A DNA stretch of 64,000 nucleotides from Adineta vaga (Eukaryota > Animalia > Rotifera): contig CP075493.1 of NCBI GenBank assembly GCA_021613535.1, forward strand, positions 7,688,001 to 7,752,000, written 5' to 3'. The position numbers and the translations under genes are program-made. The notes under the pieces are model-generated. The model searched no databases, had not been told where the DNA came from, and saw only the letters and a program-made list of their open reading frames with translations. Below, piece by piece: positions 12,381-25,090 of this stretch; position 1 is the first letter of the stretch, and each line of letters opens with the position of its first letter.

Positions 12381-15300
12381 ATGCTTTCCGTATTGCGGCC
12401 GATTACACTCGGTCTAATTATATTTTCATTAACTTTTATTCACATTCAAGCTCGAACAGTAGGAAAAGTTTATTTATTTTGTTTTTCTTTTTTATTGAAA
12501 TTATTTTGATTATTAAAGGCTAAAACCGATAATAATGCATCGGAAAAACGAGTAAAAAGACAATATAATCAATATCCTCAACCACCATCGGATCAATCGT
12601 CACCAAATGAATTTGGTGAAACTTATATTCAAGGTTCAGAATGTAAAGGTTGTGGACCACGACGAGATTGTCAATGTCCTGGTAAAGGTGCTATGGGTAT
12701 AACCGGTATGTAATTTTTCTTCATATTGATTAAATATTAAATTTTTACGAACAAATTCTTGTTTTTCTTCTTCATAGGTCAACAAGGTTTTCCTGGTATT
12801 CCTGGTGATCGTGGTCTTAAAGGTCCTCTTGGACGACCAGGTAATATCGGTCTTCCTGGTGAGAAAGGAGATCGTGGTCAATATGGTAACAAAGGAGAAC
12901 GAGTATATATGATTATTAATTAGTTCTGTTTTCTTTTTTATTCTTTGATTATTTTTCTTATATTTCAGGGTGAAGATGGTTTATTGCCTATTGATGGTCA
13001 AAATGGTTTTCCTGGTCAAGCAGGTGCTATCGGTCCTCGCGGTATTTCCGGTGTACCTGGCTGCAACGGCAGCAAGGTAAAATAGAAGGAAAAAAAACAC
13101 ATTAGAGAATATAAAATAGATGAAGCATTTCTATACGCATATTTTATCACATATATACAACTAGATATTTAATGCTTCATCTTCCTTCGTTTGTCCGTTC
13201 TTTCTTTTCTTCTCTTTCTACATCATCTTCATCGGCTTGATGAGATAAGCGCTAACCGCACATATACCAAGGACGATGTATCATAAGAGTTATCAACACA
13301 TAAGGAAAAAATATTAGAGATTGTCGACTGTTTTTCTTTTTCTTTCCCTATATAGACAAACAACAGAAAAAAAATAGCGAATCAGTAGCCTTGATAAGAA
13401 TTATTTGATGTTCGGATAATTGAAAGCCGTAAATATATTTTGTTTGTCAAAAAGATTCCATCCTAAGTTCCAGACATCCTAATTATCTAACTTTGTCGTT
13501 TATATGTCAGACCTTGGATATTTGCTCCATATGGGATTGATGAATAAGCATAAGAAAACGATGATTACATAAACAAACTCCTATTATTTTTTTCTCTTTA
13601 TGTATAATGTCCTTGGTGGTCTATTGCGGTTTAGTGGATTATTCATGCACAAATATATACATATGCATCATTAGACTGTTATTAGAGGAAAAAATGTTCC
13701 TAAAAACGACAGCTGCTAAGACTTGGTGGCTTCTGATTCATAAAATAATGACACCTACGGGTTTAAGCTAATAGCTTATCTATTTATTAAGTGTTTCGTC
13801 TTACTGCTAATAAATATCCTAATGAACTGATCCGTATGCAATAAGCCACTAATGTTTTAAAAAAGCAATTGTTCGTCCGAAAAAGGAACTACGTAGGTTT
13901 TTGAGTGCAAAACAATCCTATCTTATTATCAATTTAAGTAATCAATCTGTCATTGTGAATGTCTGTCGACTGTAATTGATAGCATAAGGAGGCGGATGCT
14001 ATAACTGTACCGAAGAGGTCTGGAGCATATCAACAATATTTTCTTCGAGATCAAGGTCCAGTTGTCATATGGCATTAAGATTAATGATTTCGACTTGAAG
14101 ATTAGGAACGACGAAAAGGAAGTATTCCGTACAGTCTTATGTTTCTGATAGTTGCAATAGTTTGTCTATCGGAAGAAAAAAAAACTTGACAAGTCTATTG
14201 TAGAGAAAAAGTCGTTACATGCATAAATAAGAAAATGATATATTGATAACATTATTCATCAATTGCTGTCATGCGAATAAAGAAAAAAAATATAATATCA
14301 AATCATCTTTAATGTTATTTTAGGGTGAATCTGGTGAAGATGGCCGTATTGGATTAGATGGTATTCCAGGTGCTCGTGGTCTCCCTGGTCGAGATGGTGA
14401 TCGAGTATGTTATTTAGATGAAAAAGTTTTTTTTCCGGTATAATTTAATAAAATGATCATTTTTTATTAGGGTGAATCAGGAGATTCAGGTGGTTTCAAT
14501 GGTATTGTACCTGGTCCACGCGGCGATCCAGGTATGCCTGGTCGTCCTGGTGTTGCCGTAAGTACAATTTAAACTTGATTGATCATAGATTGATATTTAT
14601 TTTTGTAGGGTTGGCCCGGTCCTCCCGGCACTCCAGGTTATCCAGGTACCCCAGGTTTACCTGGTTCAAATGTAAATTTTCACAACTATGTTTGACTTCT
14701 TTTTTATCAGTTTCTTCTTTTGAATTCAGGGCCAACCTGGTCTTAGAGGAGATCCAGGTTTTCCAGGTCAACCCGGGTTACAAAGTTACGGTCTGAAAGG
14801 TAAGAAATAATTTTGTTAAGAAATAATAAAAATTGATATCCTTCGCTTTTTTCTCTATTATTATAGGTGGCCGTGGTGAACCAGGTAATTACAAATGAGG
14901 ATAAAAAGCAACGTGAACAATTTCTATCCTATCTTCTTACTATTTAGGTGATGCTGCACCTTCAGCAGGTCCAATTTCATATGGTCGTTTACGAGGTATG
15001 TAATATTATCCTTCAATTATTGCATTGGCTGAGAAGTAAAATTGAGATGTAATCCATGAACGTAGATTAGACAGAAGAAAGAGTTTTGGTTTTTTTTGTT
15101 ATCTTTCTTTCTTGCTCATTTATTCCGTTGATATCCTTAATTGGCTTTATTAGATCGAATGTGTGGGAATAAACCCTGTAAGTATTATAGCCAAGAATAT
15201 AGCTTAACCCTCTCGTGCTTTCTTTTTTTATCAAAGTTATATGGTCGGAGGAAAAGAGATGATTACGAATATATTTTTCTTTTTAATTCGCTTCTTATTA

Positions 15301-18300
15301 TCATTATTCAATATAATTTATTTCATCTATATGAGCTTCTAGCGATACCTAGGAAATAATCGTCTCAGACACAACCGCGACAGTTTCATCTTTTTTTTGT
15401 GAACCTTCATCACTATCAGCTTCGATTATCTTTTTTTTTAACTTTTTATCAAGACTAAGCTTGTTAAATTCAATTTTATTTGAATAGAAAATCAGTGAGA
15501 TTTCTTTCATGTAGGTCTTACTAACGTACAAGGACCACCGGGTGAACGTGGGCCAGATGGTGATCGCGGTTATCGAGGAGATCGTGGTCAATCAGGTTAT
15601 TTGGTAAGTGAAGGACTTGTGTATTTTTTGCTTTGAATAAGAAATATAAATCATCTTTATTTTCAAAGGGTATCGATGGTTTACAGGGATCTAAAGGAGA
15701 AAAAGGTGAAACTGGTACAGCCGGTTCATTGGTAAATAAATGTGATGAATTTTTCATATATGTATATTATTATTTCTAAAAAAATAGGGTAAAATGGGTA
15801 AAGAAGGTTCAGCTGGCCCATATGGTGTTAAAGGAGAAGCAGGTTTGTACTAAAATATTTAACACGTACTGAGTTTAATTGTGATTTTGATCTATTTCTT
15901 TCAAGGTACACCTGGTATACCTGGAAATGATGGTCTTCCTGGCGGTAATTTTTTAATTTGAATATAATATATTTATATTCTCATTCATTTTGAATTACAG
16001 AAGCTGGCCGAAATGGCTATCCTGGTCCCAAAGGTCAACGTGGTGAAAATGGTGTTAATGGTCCAAATGTAAGAGCTATAAGATTGATTTCTTTTTTTTA
16101 GTTTCTATTTCGAATAATATTTTCTGTTATCTAGACTTATGGCAGCAGACGTGGCCGACCAACACCAGGACCACGAGGCTTTCCAGTATGTATAGACAAA
16201 TTTTCATCACTATTCTATGTTTTAAATTTAGGGTATGACAGGCGATGCTGGACCAAATGGTTTTCCTGGTACACCTGGCTTTCCTGGTAAGGACTTGAAA
16301 GAAAAATAGTAAATAATTTTACATGATCTCCATTCGTGTATAGGTCGAGAAGGAATTAAAGGTGAACGTGGTGATTATGGTTCACCCGGTCATCCTGGTC
16401 CTATGGGAGAAACAGCTGATGCTGAAAAGGGTGACCGTGGTATTGATGGTAAGTTTCATTTTTCTTATTAAACAAATATAATGCGTTTCTTTTAGGTCTT
16501 CCTGGCCCAGCTGGTCTACCTGGCCCTGCTGGTAATATTCGATTACATTTCGTTTAAAACATACACATAACAATTTCTTGCTTTAGGTCTTCCGGGAGAT
16601 AAAGGTAGTTTTGGTGAAAAAGGTTTCGCTGGTGAAGAAACATATGGTATGCTTTTTCTTCATTCTTTTTAAGAAAAAAAAAGAATTTACTTAAAATTTT
16701 AGGCGGACGTGGAAACAATGGTCAAGGCGGTCGTCCTGGATGTAAGTTTATTTTTTTTAAATACCACTAACATTCTTCACTAATTGGTTTATTTAGATCC
16801 CGGTTTACCCGGTCCACAAGGTGACATCGGTGAACCAGGTCCACCAGGTAAATTTGATTTTGATCCAATTTTTCTCTGATATTTATATACGTAATGTATA
16901 GGTCTCCCAGCTGAACCCGGTTTTCAAGGTTTTCGAGGTGAATATAATATTTTTCTTTTAAGGATAATTTTTCAAGACGATCAATTTTTATTTTCTATTT
17001 AGGATATGGTTCACCTGGTCCACAAGGGTGAATAGTTTTTATTCCATTACTCAATTTTTTTAATTTAATTTTTGATAACGATTTTAGATATCCAGGTCGA
17101 TCAGGTCAACCTGGCCCACCTGGTTTTCCTGGTAGGTTCTTATTTAAAGTCATTTTTATTTTAAAACGTATTTCTTCTAGGTGTTCGTGGTATCAAAGGT
17201 GATTTTGGTAAGTAGTTGAAACTAAGAAATGAATGCGTTTGATCATATATGATATATGTTTTAAGGTGAACCTGGTGGTTGTGGATTTTGTCCACCTTCG
17301 GTTTCTGGTCTTCAAGGTGATCGTGGTGGTCAAGGTTATCGTGGACGACCAGGCGTAAGTTTCGATTGAAAATTAAAAAATATTCCTATTCTAATCATCT
17401 TGATTTATTTCTAGTTGAATGGTGCACCAGGTTTTCGAGGTAATTATTTGTTGAATGATTCTACTAGATACATAGAAGCGTATGATATATTTAGGTGAAA
17501 AAGGTGATGCTGGCTTATCCGGAACTCCTGGCACTGATGGTTTACCTGGACCGGATGTAAATAATTCTTTATTTTAGAATAAAAACGTATGAACGTTTTC
17601 ATTTCTATTTCAGGGTATTCCCGGTCGAGACGGTTATTCCGGTTTACCAGGACGTAAAGGTGAACCAGGTGAAATGATCGGTGCTGATGGTATCAAAGGT
17701 AAATAGGAACAGAAACTAAAATAAAGTATTTTATATATTATTTTGAATGAAAAGGTCGCCGAGGAGCACAAGGTGAACCTGGTGTCAAAGGATATCATGG
17801 TGATGTAGGTGAAACTGGTAGAAATGGTCGTGATGGGTATGATTTTCTTATACGTATATACAAGAAAATCAACATTTTATTCTATGTTCAATTTTAGTTA
17901 TGATGGTCCTCCAGGTGTACCAGGCTCACGAGTATGTTCTTCTTCAGAATCTTTGTTTTTCGTTTATATAATGCTCTTTTTTCTTTACATAGGGTCCTTC
18001 GGGTGAAATAGGTCGATCAGGAACAACGGGTCTTCCTGGAGCGAAAGGTAGATTTCACAAATATATTTTGATGAATAATCGACGAATATTATGTTTGTTT
18101 TACAGGTCCATTAGGTCCACCTGGCCCTCCTGGTCAACTTTTTGCACGTGGTCCACGTGGTCCAGAAGGTGAGAAAGGTCCAGAAGGTAAAACTGGTCGA
18201 CCTGGTCTTACTGGACCGCCGGGTGATGATGCACCGTATGAACTAATTACACCCGGTGCACCAGGTTTGAAAGGATATCGTGGAGAACCTGGGTAAGTTA

Positions 18301-21300
18301 ATATGTATGGTATTCAATAGTAATACTATCTTTATTTTCTAGTTTCAATGGTATTCCTGGTAAGTTGATTGATAGAGCGAGATAATGCATTCTTACCCAT
18401 ATTGTCACTAAAAACAGGTGCTCCTGGCTTACCTGGACCAAATGGTCTCCCAGGTATTAGTGGCTCACTTATGTCACGAGTAAGATCAAAGTGATTTTGA
18501 ACACGAGATAAGTGAAGTACCTATGTGGGGCTTTGTTTTAGGGTGAAAACGGCCTACCTGGTGTTCCTGGCTTATCGGGTACGTAAAATAGATTATTTCA
18601 ATTGGATAGAATTCAAACGTGTTCTTTTTTTTCTATATTTTCAGGTGAAAGCGGTACTAAAGGTAGATAGTAGAAAAAGGAATTTAAAAATGTTTTCTAA
18701 TAATTTTATATAGGATATCCGGGCATGGATGGTCGACCTGGTATGGATGGACGGTAAAGAAACTATTCCTCGATTAAGTATACACTGATAAATTTATTCA
18801 TATTGATTAGACCTGGTCTCCCAGGAATGAATGGACAATCTGGTCTTCCTGGTTTACCTGGAGCTAAAGTAAATTTCATAGATACAATTTTATTAGTAAC
18901 AACTCATTCGTTATCATTCTTTAGGGTCAACCAGGTGAAATGGCTATCGCTACACGATCTGGTCCACCAGGCAATCCAGGTCCAAAAGGTGTTACTGGTG
19001 AGCGTGGTACACCTGGCTTTTTTGGTCAACGTAAGTGATCATAAAATTAAAATCGATTGACCTTCGAAACAATATATTTAATTTAGGTGGTATTCCTGGT
19101 CTTCGTGGTTTACCAGGCAATCCTGGTAAGTAAACAATATAAAAAAGAATATTTAAATTATAACTTTTGTTTATAGGTGTCAATGGTCTTCCAGGATCAC
19201 CTGGTATGCATGGACCGAAAGGAGAACGCGGTAAGTCGATTAAACTCAATTTGAAATATATACATGATGATTATTTTAGGTGGTGCTGGACCAGGTTTCT
19301 TGGGTGATACTGGTGTTCCTGGTGTGCGTGGTCGACCTGGAGGTAGATATTTATACTGAAATATTTCTTCCGTATAATTATATTGAATTAACTTCTTATT
19401 TAGCCCCTGGTAGAGCTGGCAATCCTGGTACTCCTGGTACACCTGGCTTTCGTGGTTTACCTGGTGATTCTGTAAGTCTCCATTTAATAAATATATACAT
19501 ATATATTATATTTTCACTGAAAATTCTAGGGCCGTCCTGGTCAAAATGGATTACCTGGTTTCGCAGGCAAACCGGGCGATCGTATGTATCAATACTGGAA
19601 ATAATACACTAAAAATAAATTTTCTTTTTGTACACATTCAATAGGTGGAGACAATGGAAATCCAGGATATCCAGGTTTACTCGGAATGAAAGGTTAGTAT
19701 TTTTTTAAACTAGTTTTAATATAAAATATTTGTATATATGTTATTTTAATTAGGTCGTCCTGGTTTCCCTGGTGACTGTAAGTAACAATTTTAGTTCTTT
19801 TAACTTTGATGATAAATTTCATTCAACGAAATTTAGCTGGATTACCTGGTGCTTCTGGTGCCAATGGTATGCCTGGTTTACTAGGATCTAAAGGTTACCC
19901 AGGTAAGCTTTTTCTTTAAAGCATCATTGATAATCAACTGTTCTAATATTTTGTTCTATAGGTGATGTTGGTGAACCTGGTATTGGTGGTGGAGCTAGTA
20001 CACCAGGTCAAAAAGGAGAAATGGGTATCTATTTGTAGACATCAAAGAATTAAGACTTAACAACTGTTTCTTATTATAGGCGAAGCTGGTTTATCAGGCT
20101 TACCAGGTGTAAAAGGTCTTCCAGGTGATTCTGGTTCATGTATGTATACACAATGCAGAAAATATAATGTAACAAATGTAAATATGTTTATTTTTCTCCA
20201 TCTTAGTTGGTAGTTTCGGATCTCAAGGTGAAGTTGGGTAAGTTGAACATTAAAAAAATGAATTGAGCATCTATTGACTATATATATCAATATTTAGATT
20301 ACCTGGTATCCCTGGTGCTCCCGGTCTTCCAGGTCGGGATGGTAAGTTATCTAACTGATTACTGACAGTATTTCTCAATGAGATATTTCATCTTAGGTCG
20401 TCCTGGCTTTCCTGGTATAAAAGGTGAAAACGGCGATTGGTTCAAAGGCATCTCTGGTAAATTTCAAATCAATTTAAAAAAAAATATATCACATTATTTA
20501 TATTTACTATAGGTCAACGTGGTGAACGTGGTTTACCTGGCCTTCCCGGTCTTCCCGGCGCTCCAGGTCTTCGAGGTGTTGTAAGTATCTGCAAACATAT
20601 ATGAAACATGACATTGAACTAACAAATAAACGATATAATTAATATTTTTAGTCCGGTTTACCTGGTCCAAGTGGTGGACGAGGAGCACCAGGTGTCATTG
20701 GATTTCCTGGTACGATATTTCATTGAATGTAGTTTTGTATTTTCTATAATTTCTTCTTCATAGGTTTACCTGGTTTAAGTGGTGCACCTGGCTTACCTGG
20801 AATGAAAGGACCATCTGGTCAAAGTGGTTTGTGAATTTATTTCATAAGAAGATATTTCTTAGTTTTCGTGAATTTATAGGTCTTCCTGGAGGTCCCGGAC
20901 AAGTTGGTGATCGAGTAAGTCTAAATAACAAAATATTATTTAATAGAGGTTATGATTTTCCTTAATTTTACTAGGGTTTTCCTGGTCGTGCTGGTTTACC
21001 TGGTCTCCCCGGAATGAAAGGCATGATTGGTGAACGTGGTCGAGATGGACAAGCTACTGAAACAGGTAAATAATATACAATATTGGTATAATCTCGCATG
21101 TTGTAACGTCGATGTTGTTTCAGGACCAAAAGGAGAACAAGGTGATGCTGGTATATCAGGCATGCCAGGACTTCCTGGACAAAATGGTGATGCTGGTAGG
21201 TTTCAATTCATATCCACGTTTGTTATTTCTATGCTAACGAACTTTTCTTTTTCTAGGTTTTCGAGTAAGCTTCTTTCATCTTAAATGAGAAAAGATCTCA

Positions 21301-23956
21301 TTTTTCATTACATTATCTCAGGGCATTCCCGGTCCTAATGGTCCACCAGGATTATCAGGTATGATAGTAGATAGAATAATATTTGACATGACATGTATGG
21401 AGTAAACTCTATTCTTTAAGGTCGTGATGGATATCCTGGTTTACGTGGAGAAAAAGGCTTACCAGGTATTCCAGGCAAAACAGGACGACAAGGTAATTTT
21501 CTTCCTATGTTAGAGATGTCTAAAATACTATACCATCCATTTCAGGTTTCAACGGTCTACAAGGTCCCAAAGGAAACGCTGGTATCTCAGGACGTTCAGG
21601 TGTTAAAGGTCAACCTGGTGACGGTGGTATGTTTAATAATTTAATATTTTTCTTCAATATCTTCGACATTACACTTGACTGATCTATTTTGAATTCTAGG
21701 TGGTACTGTAACTGGCATCCGTGGTGATGCTGGTCGTAATGGTGTTCCAGGTAGACAAGGTGATCGGTAAAATCTATTTTATACAATACGATAGAACAGC
21801 AGGATAGATTTTTTCTCATTTGATCTGTTTCAGAGGTCTTCCTGGTGATGCTGGTCAACCAGGTTTACCAGGTCGTGATGGTATGTTCTTTGGTCGATAC
21901 TTATGAATGAATTATTTTGTAATGTCCGGTTTCTTTTTCAGGTCGTGGAGCAGCTGGTGGACGAGGTGAACAAGGTGATCGTGGTCAAAATGGTTTGTCT
22001 GGTCGACCAGGCTCAGCTGGATTTCCTGGAAGAGATGGTAAACCAGGTTTATCCGGCCCACCTGGTATAGATTGTGAAATACATTTTCTCGAAAATAATC
22101 GTGTTATATTTAGGTGCACCGGGTCTTATGGGAATGAATGGACTTCCTGGCGCTCCAGGCCTTCCAGGCTCGAAAGGATTACCAGTGAATAGATGAAATA
22201 TTCGATTATTTTATAATTAATGTTGTTCTTTAGGGTCAACCAGGACCATTAGGCAATCCAGGTCTTTCAGGTAGACGAGGTGAACCAGGTACACCAGGTA
22301 AATCTTGTATTCTGTACAATAAAACTTCATATATATCATGAAATATATCTTTATTAAGGATTTCCTGGCATGGCAGGTCCTAAAGGAGGAGCAGGTGATT
22401 CTGGTAAGTTTAGTTTTCATACGTATGTATACAAAATCATTCAAAATTGATCTTATTAACAGGTATTCCAGGTGCTCCAGGTCTTCCAGGTTTACCAGGT
22501 CCTAAAGGAGAAACCGTTCGTGTTGAAGTAATAGAATATGATTTTATTTTAAATGTTATTTCTTAACTACATACTTTCCTGAATAGGCTATAGTACAACC
22601 AGGTTCCAGAGGTCTCCGTGGTGATCAAGGATTACCTGGTAATATAAACAATTGTTTATCATCGTTCTTGAATATTATTATTTGTCTCATTGTTTTCTTC
22701 TCAGGTTCCCCAGGCTTACCAGGTTCAAGTGGTTTTCCTGGACAAAAAGGTTATCCAGGTCAGGTTGGTCTTGCTGGACGTCCAGGTAAATAATTGTGTG
22801 ATTGAAAATAAAAGAAATTCAATCAACGTTCTATCCATTCATCTGTTTTTTAGGTAATCCAGGATCATTAGGTGCTCGTGGTCCACTTGGTGATGTCGGT
22901 CTCAATGGAGCGTGAGTGTTTTCCTATACTACTCATTCAGCGACTTATATGATTTCTATTCCCTTTAGATCTGGCTTATATGGTCCACCCGGTTCACCAG
23001 GTATATTAGAAAAATAGAACAATATAAATATAATCTTATTTCTATCTTTTCTAAACAGGTATTGCTGGTTCTCGTGGTCCTCCAGGTGATGCTGGTGAAG
23101 GTTCATTCATTTTTACACGGTTTGTAATCATTAGAACGAAATCTTTTATTCATTGATTCTACGTTTTTTTTTCTTTGTAGACATAGTCAAGATACCACTA
23201 CACCACAATGTCCACATCAAACAACTAAATTACAAGATGGTGGTTATTCATTTATGGGTATGCAAGGTGATACATATGCTGCACATCAAGATCTTGGTAA
23301 ATTTAATTTTAAATCTTTGTATATACACTTTCGTCTTCTTTTTCTTGTAATCAGGTTCTTCTGGCAGTTGTTTACGTCGTTTTAATGCCATGCCATTCTT
23401 ATTTTGTGATATTGGTAATGCATGTCATTATGCATCACGTAATGATTATTCATATTGGTTATCAACAAATGAACCAATGTCAGCCAGTATGTCACCATTT
23501 GAAACACGTGATATACCAAGTCATCTCAGTCGTTGTGTTGTTTGCGAATCACCAACACCAGTTTTCGCAATTCATAGTCAATCTCAACGTGTCCCATCAT
23601 GTCCTGATGGATATGATCTTTTATGGAGTGGTTATAGTTTTGTTTTTACATCAGCCGATGGTGGCCGCGGTGATCAACAAAGTTTACAATCACCTGGCTC
23701 ATGTTTGGAAAAATATCATGATCGACCATATTTTCATTGCAAAGATCATTCTCATTGCAACTATTATCCAAATATGATGACATTTTATCTTGCTACCTTA
23801 GATGATCAAACTAATTTTGAAAAACCAAAACTTCGCACATTAAAAGCTGGTACACAACGGCAATATATTAGTCGATGTGCAGTCTGTCATGCAAACTTAT
23901 TTAAACAAACAGCAAGTGGACCATCTGCATTTTTTGCCCAAGTAAAGAAAATCTAA
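12381..23956 (+). CDS. COL4A1: Type IV collagen alpha1-like chain (~78 coding exons by hand count, plus one candidate cassette exon)
   Basis: Signal peptide [24 protein letters not shown], then the 7S motif [17 protein letters not shown] and Gly-X-Y exons. NC1 reads [36 protein letters not shown]...TLKAG...ISRCAVC (alpha1-type). Stop at 23954-23956. Confidence 0.95.
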
Positions 23957-25090
23957 AAACATAAACAAATTATTTGTTTCCATGTGTGTCAACTGAGTCT
24001 ACATGTTATCTTGCACTTTCTTTCTCTTTTTTTCTCTTTTACTTGCTGCTCTTTATCTATATTTTTGGAATTTTATGACAATGAGACGAACTCTTTCTTT
24101 TTTTTTCTTTCTCACTCTTTATATGTACGTGTGATTTATGGTAGATTTTAATTGTGTGTTTACTATCTTAAATTCTCTCTTCTTCTTTTCTTCTTCTTTT
24201 TTTTGTCGTTTATCTAGTCATTAAAAAAATAAACTATTCAAACAACAGAGACACACATATAGAAGAATTCTTTTGTAAGTGATGTATGATTAATCGTTTT
24301 TTGCAACTCGAATAACACTTGTAAGAAAACCATTTGTTTTCAATATCAAGTATAAGTTTAATGACATAATGTTATATCTCAAGATCCATTTCTTGCTACT
24401 CTCTATCTTACGAGACATTTCCCATCCTTGTCTTATTTTTTGAAGTATCGATGAAAAAAGCAACGTACACACTATTTGTTTATTTGTATGAATTTCATTA
24501 TTTTTTTTGTTGAATTATTATCATAAACAAACTTTTTCTTTGTTACAATAAAAACTCTCTATGATTCACCTGCATCTTCATAGTTGCAGTGTTATTGTTT
24601 CTTTCTCACTCTTAATTGTTCGACATATAATTTAAAGAAAAGAATAAACGACACCAGTGAGCATAGCGTGTTATCTTCATTCATTCATTCATCTTGTCAG
24701 ATAAACCTAATGGAAAATAACTAATAGTTGCTTTAGGACAAAAACAATGCATTCATTTTTTTCTTGGTTTTTTTTGTGTTGTCAGAATATGTACGTGCTC
24801 ACTCTTCAAAATGTACATTCACTCTTTTTTTTCTCTTCTTTTCAAAAGAAATGTGAAGTGAGTAAAGAAATAAGAAAGAAAATTGTTGTTGTTTCATTTC
24901 AATTTACTCCCCAGTCATTGCTGAATGTATTGATAGTCGTTCAATGTTTCTTTCTCTCTCTCTCTCTTTTTCTCATTTTTTCTCTGTCTCTGTCTTTTTC
25001 TAAGTGACTTTTAAATGCTGCTAAGTTACCATAACTATTAATCTTACCATGCGTACGTCATCTTGATCGCCACCGATATCAACAACATTA

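Noticed and set aside
13631-13851. Short imperfect inverted repeat (TTAGTGG.TTATT) in the long collagen intron
   Set aside because: About 13 bp with a mismatch in AT-rich DNA and no TSD, so not enough to call a MITE.
15235-15275. [10 protein letters not shown] as a second cassette exon
   Set aside because: The acceptor phase does not match the flanking phase-1 junctions, and no GT donor follows.
14519-22625. Multiple RGD tripeptides in collagen
   Set aside because: They are expected by chance in Gly-X-Y sequence and are cryptic within the triple helix.
400-23100. Periodic GC-rich units alternating with AT-rich spacers (CRISPR-like or tandem-repeat-like)
   Set aside because: These are Gly-X-Y exons alternating with introns; the units are not identical repeats.
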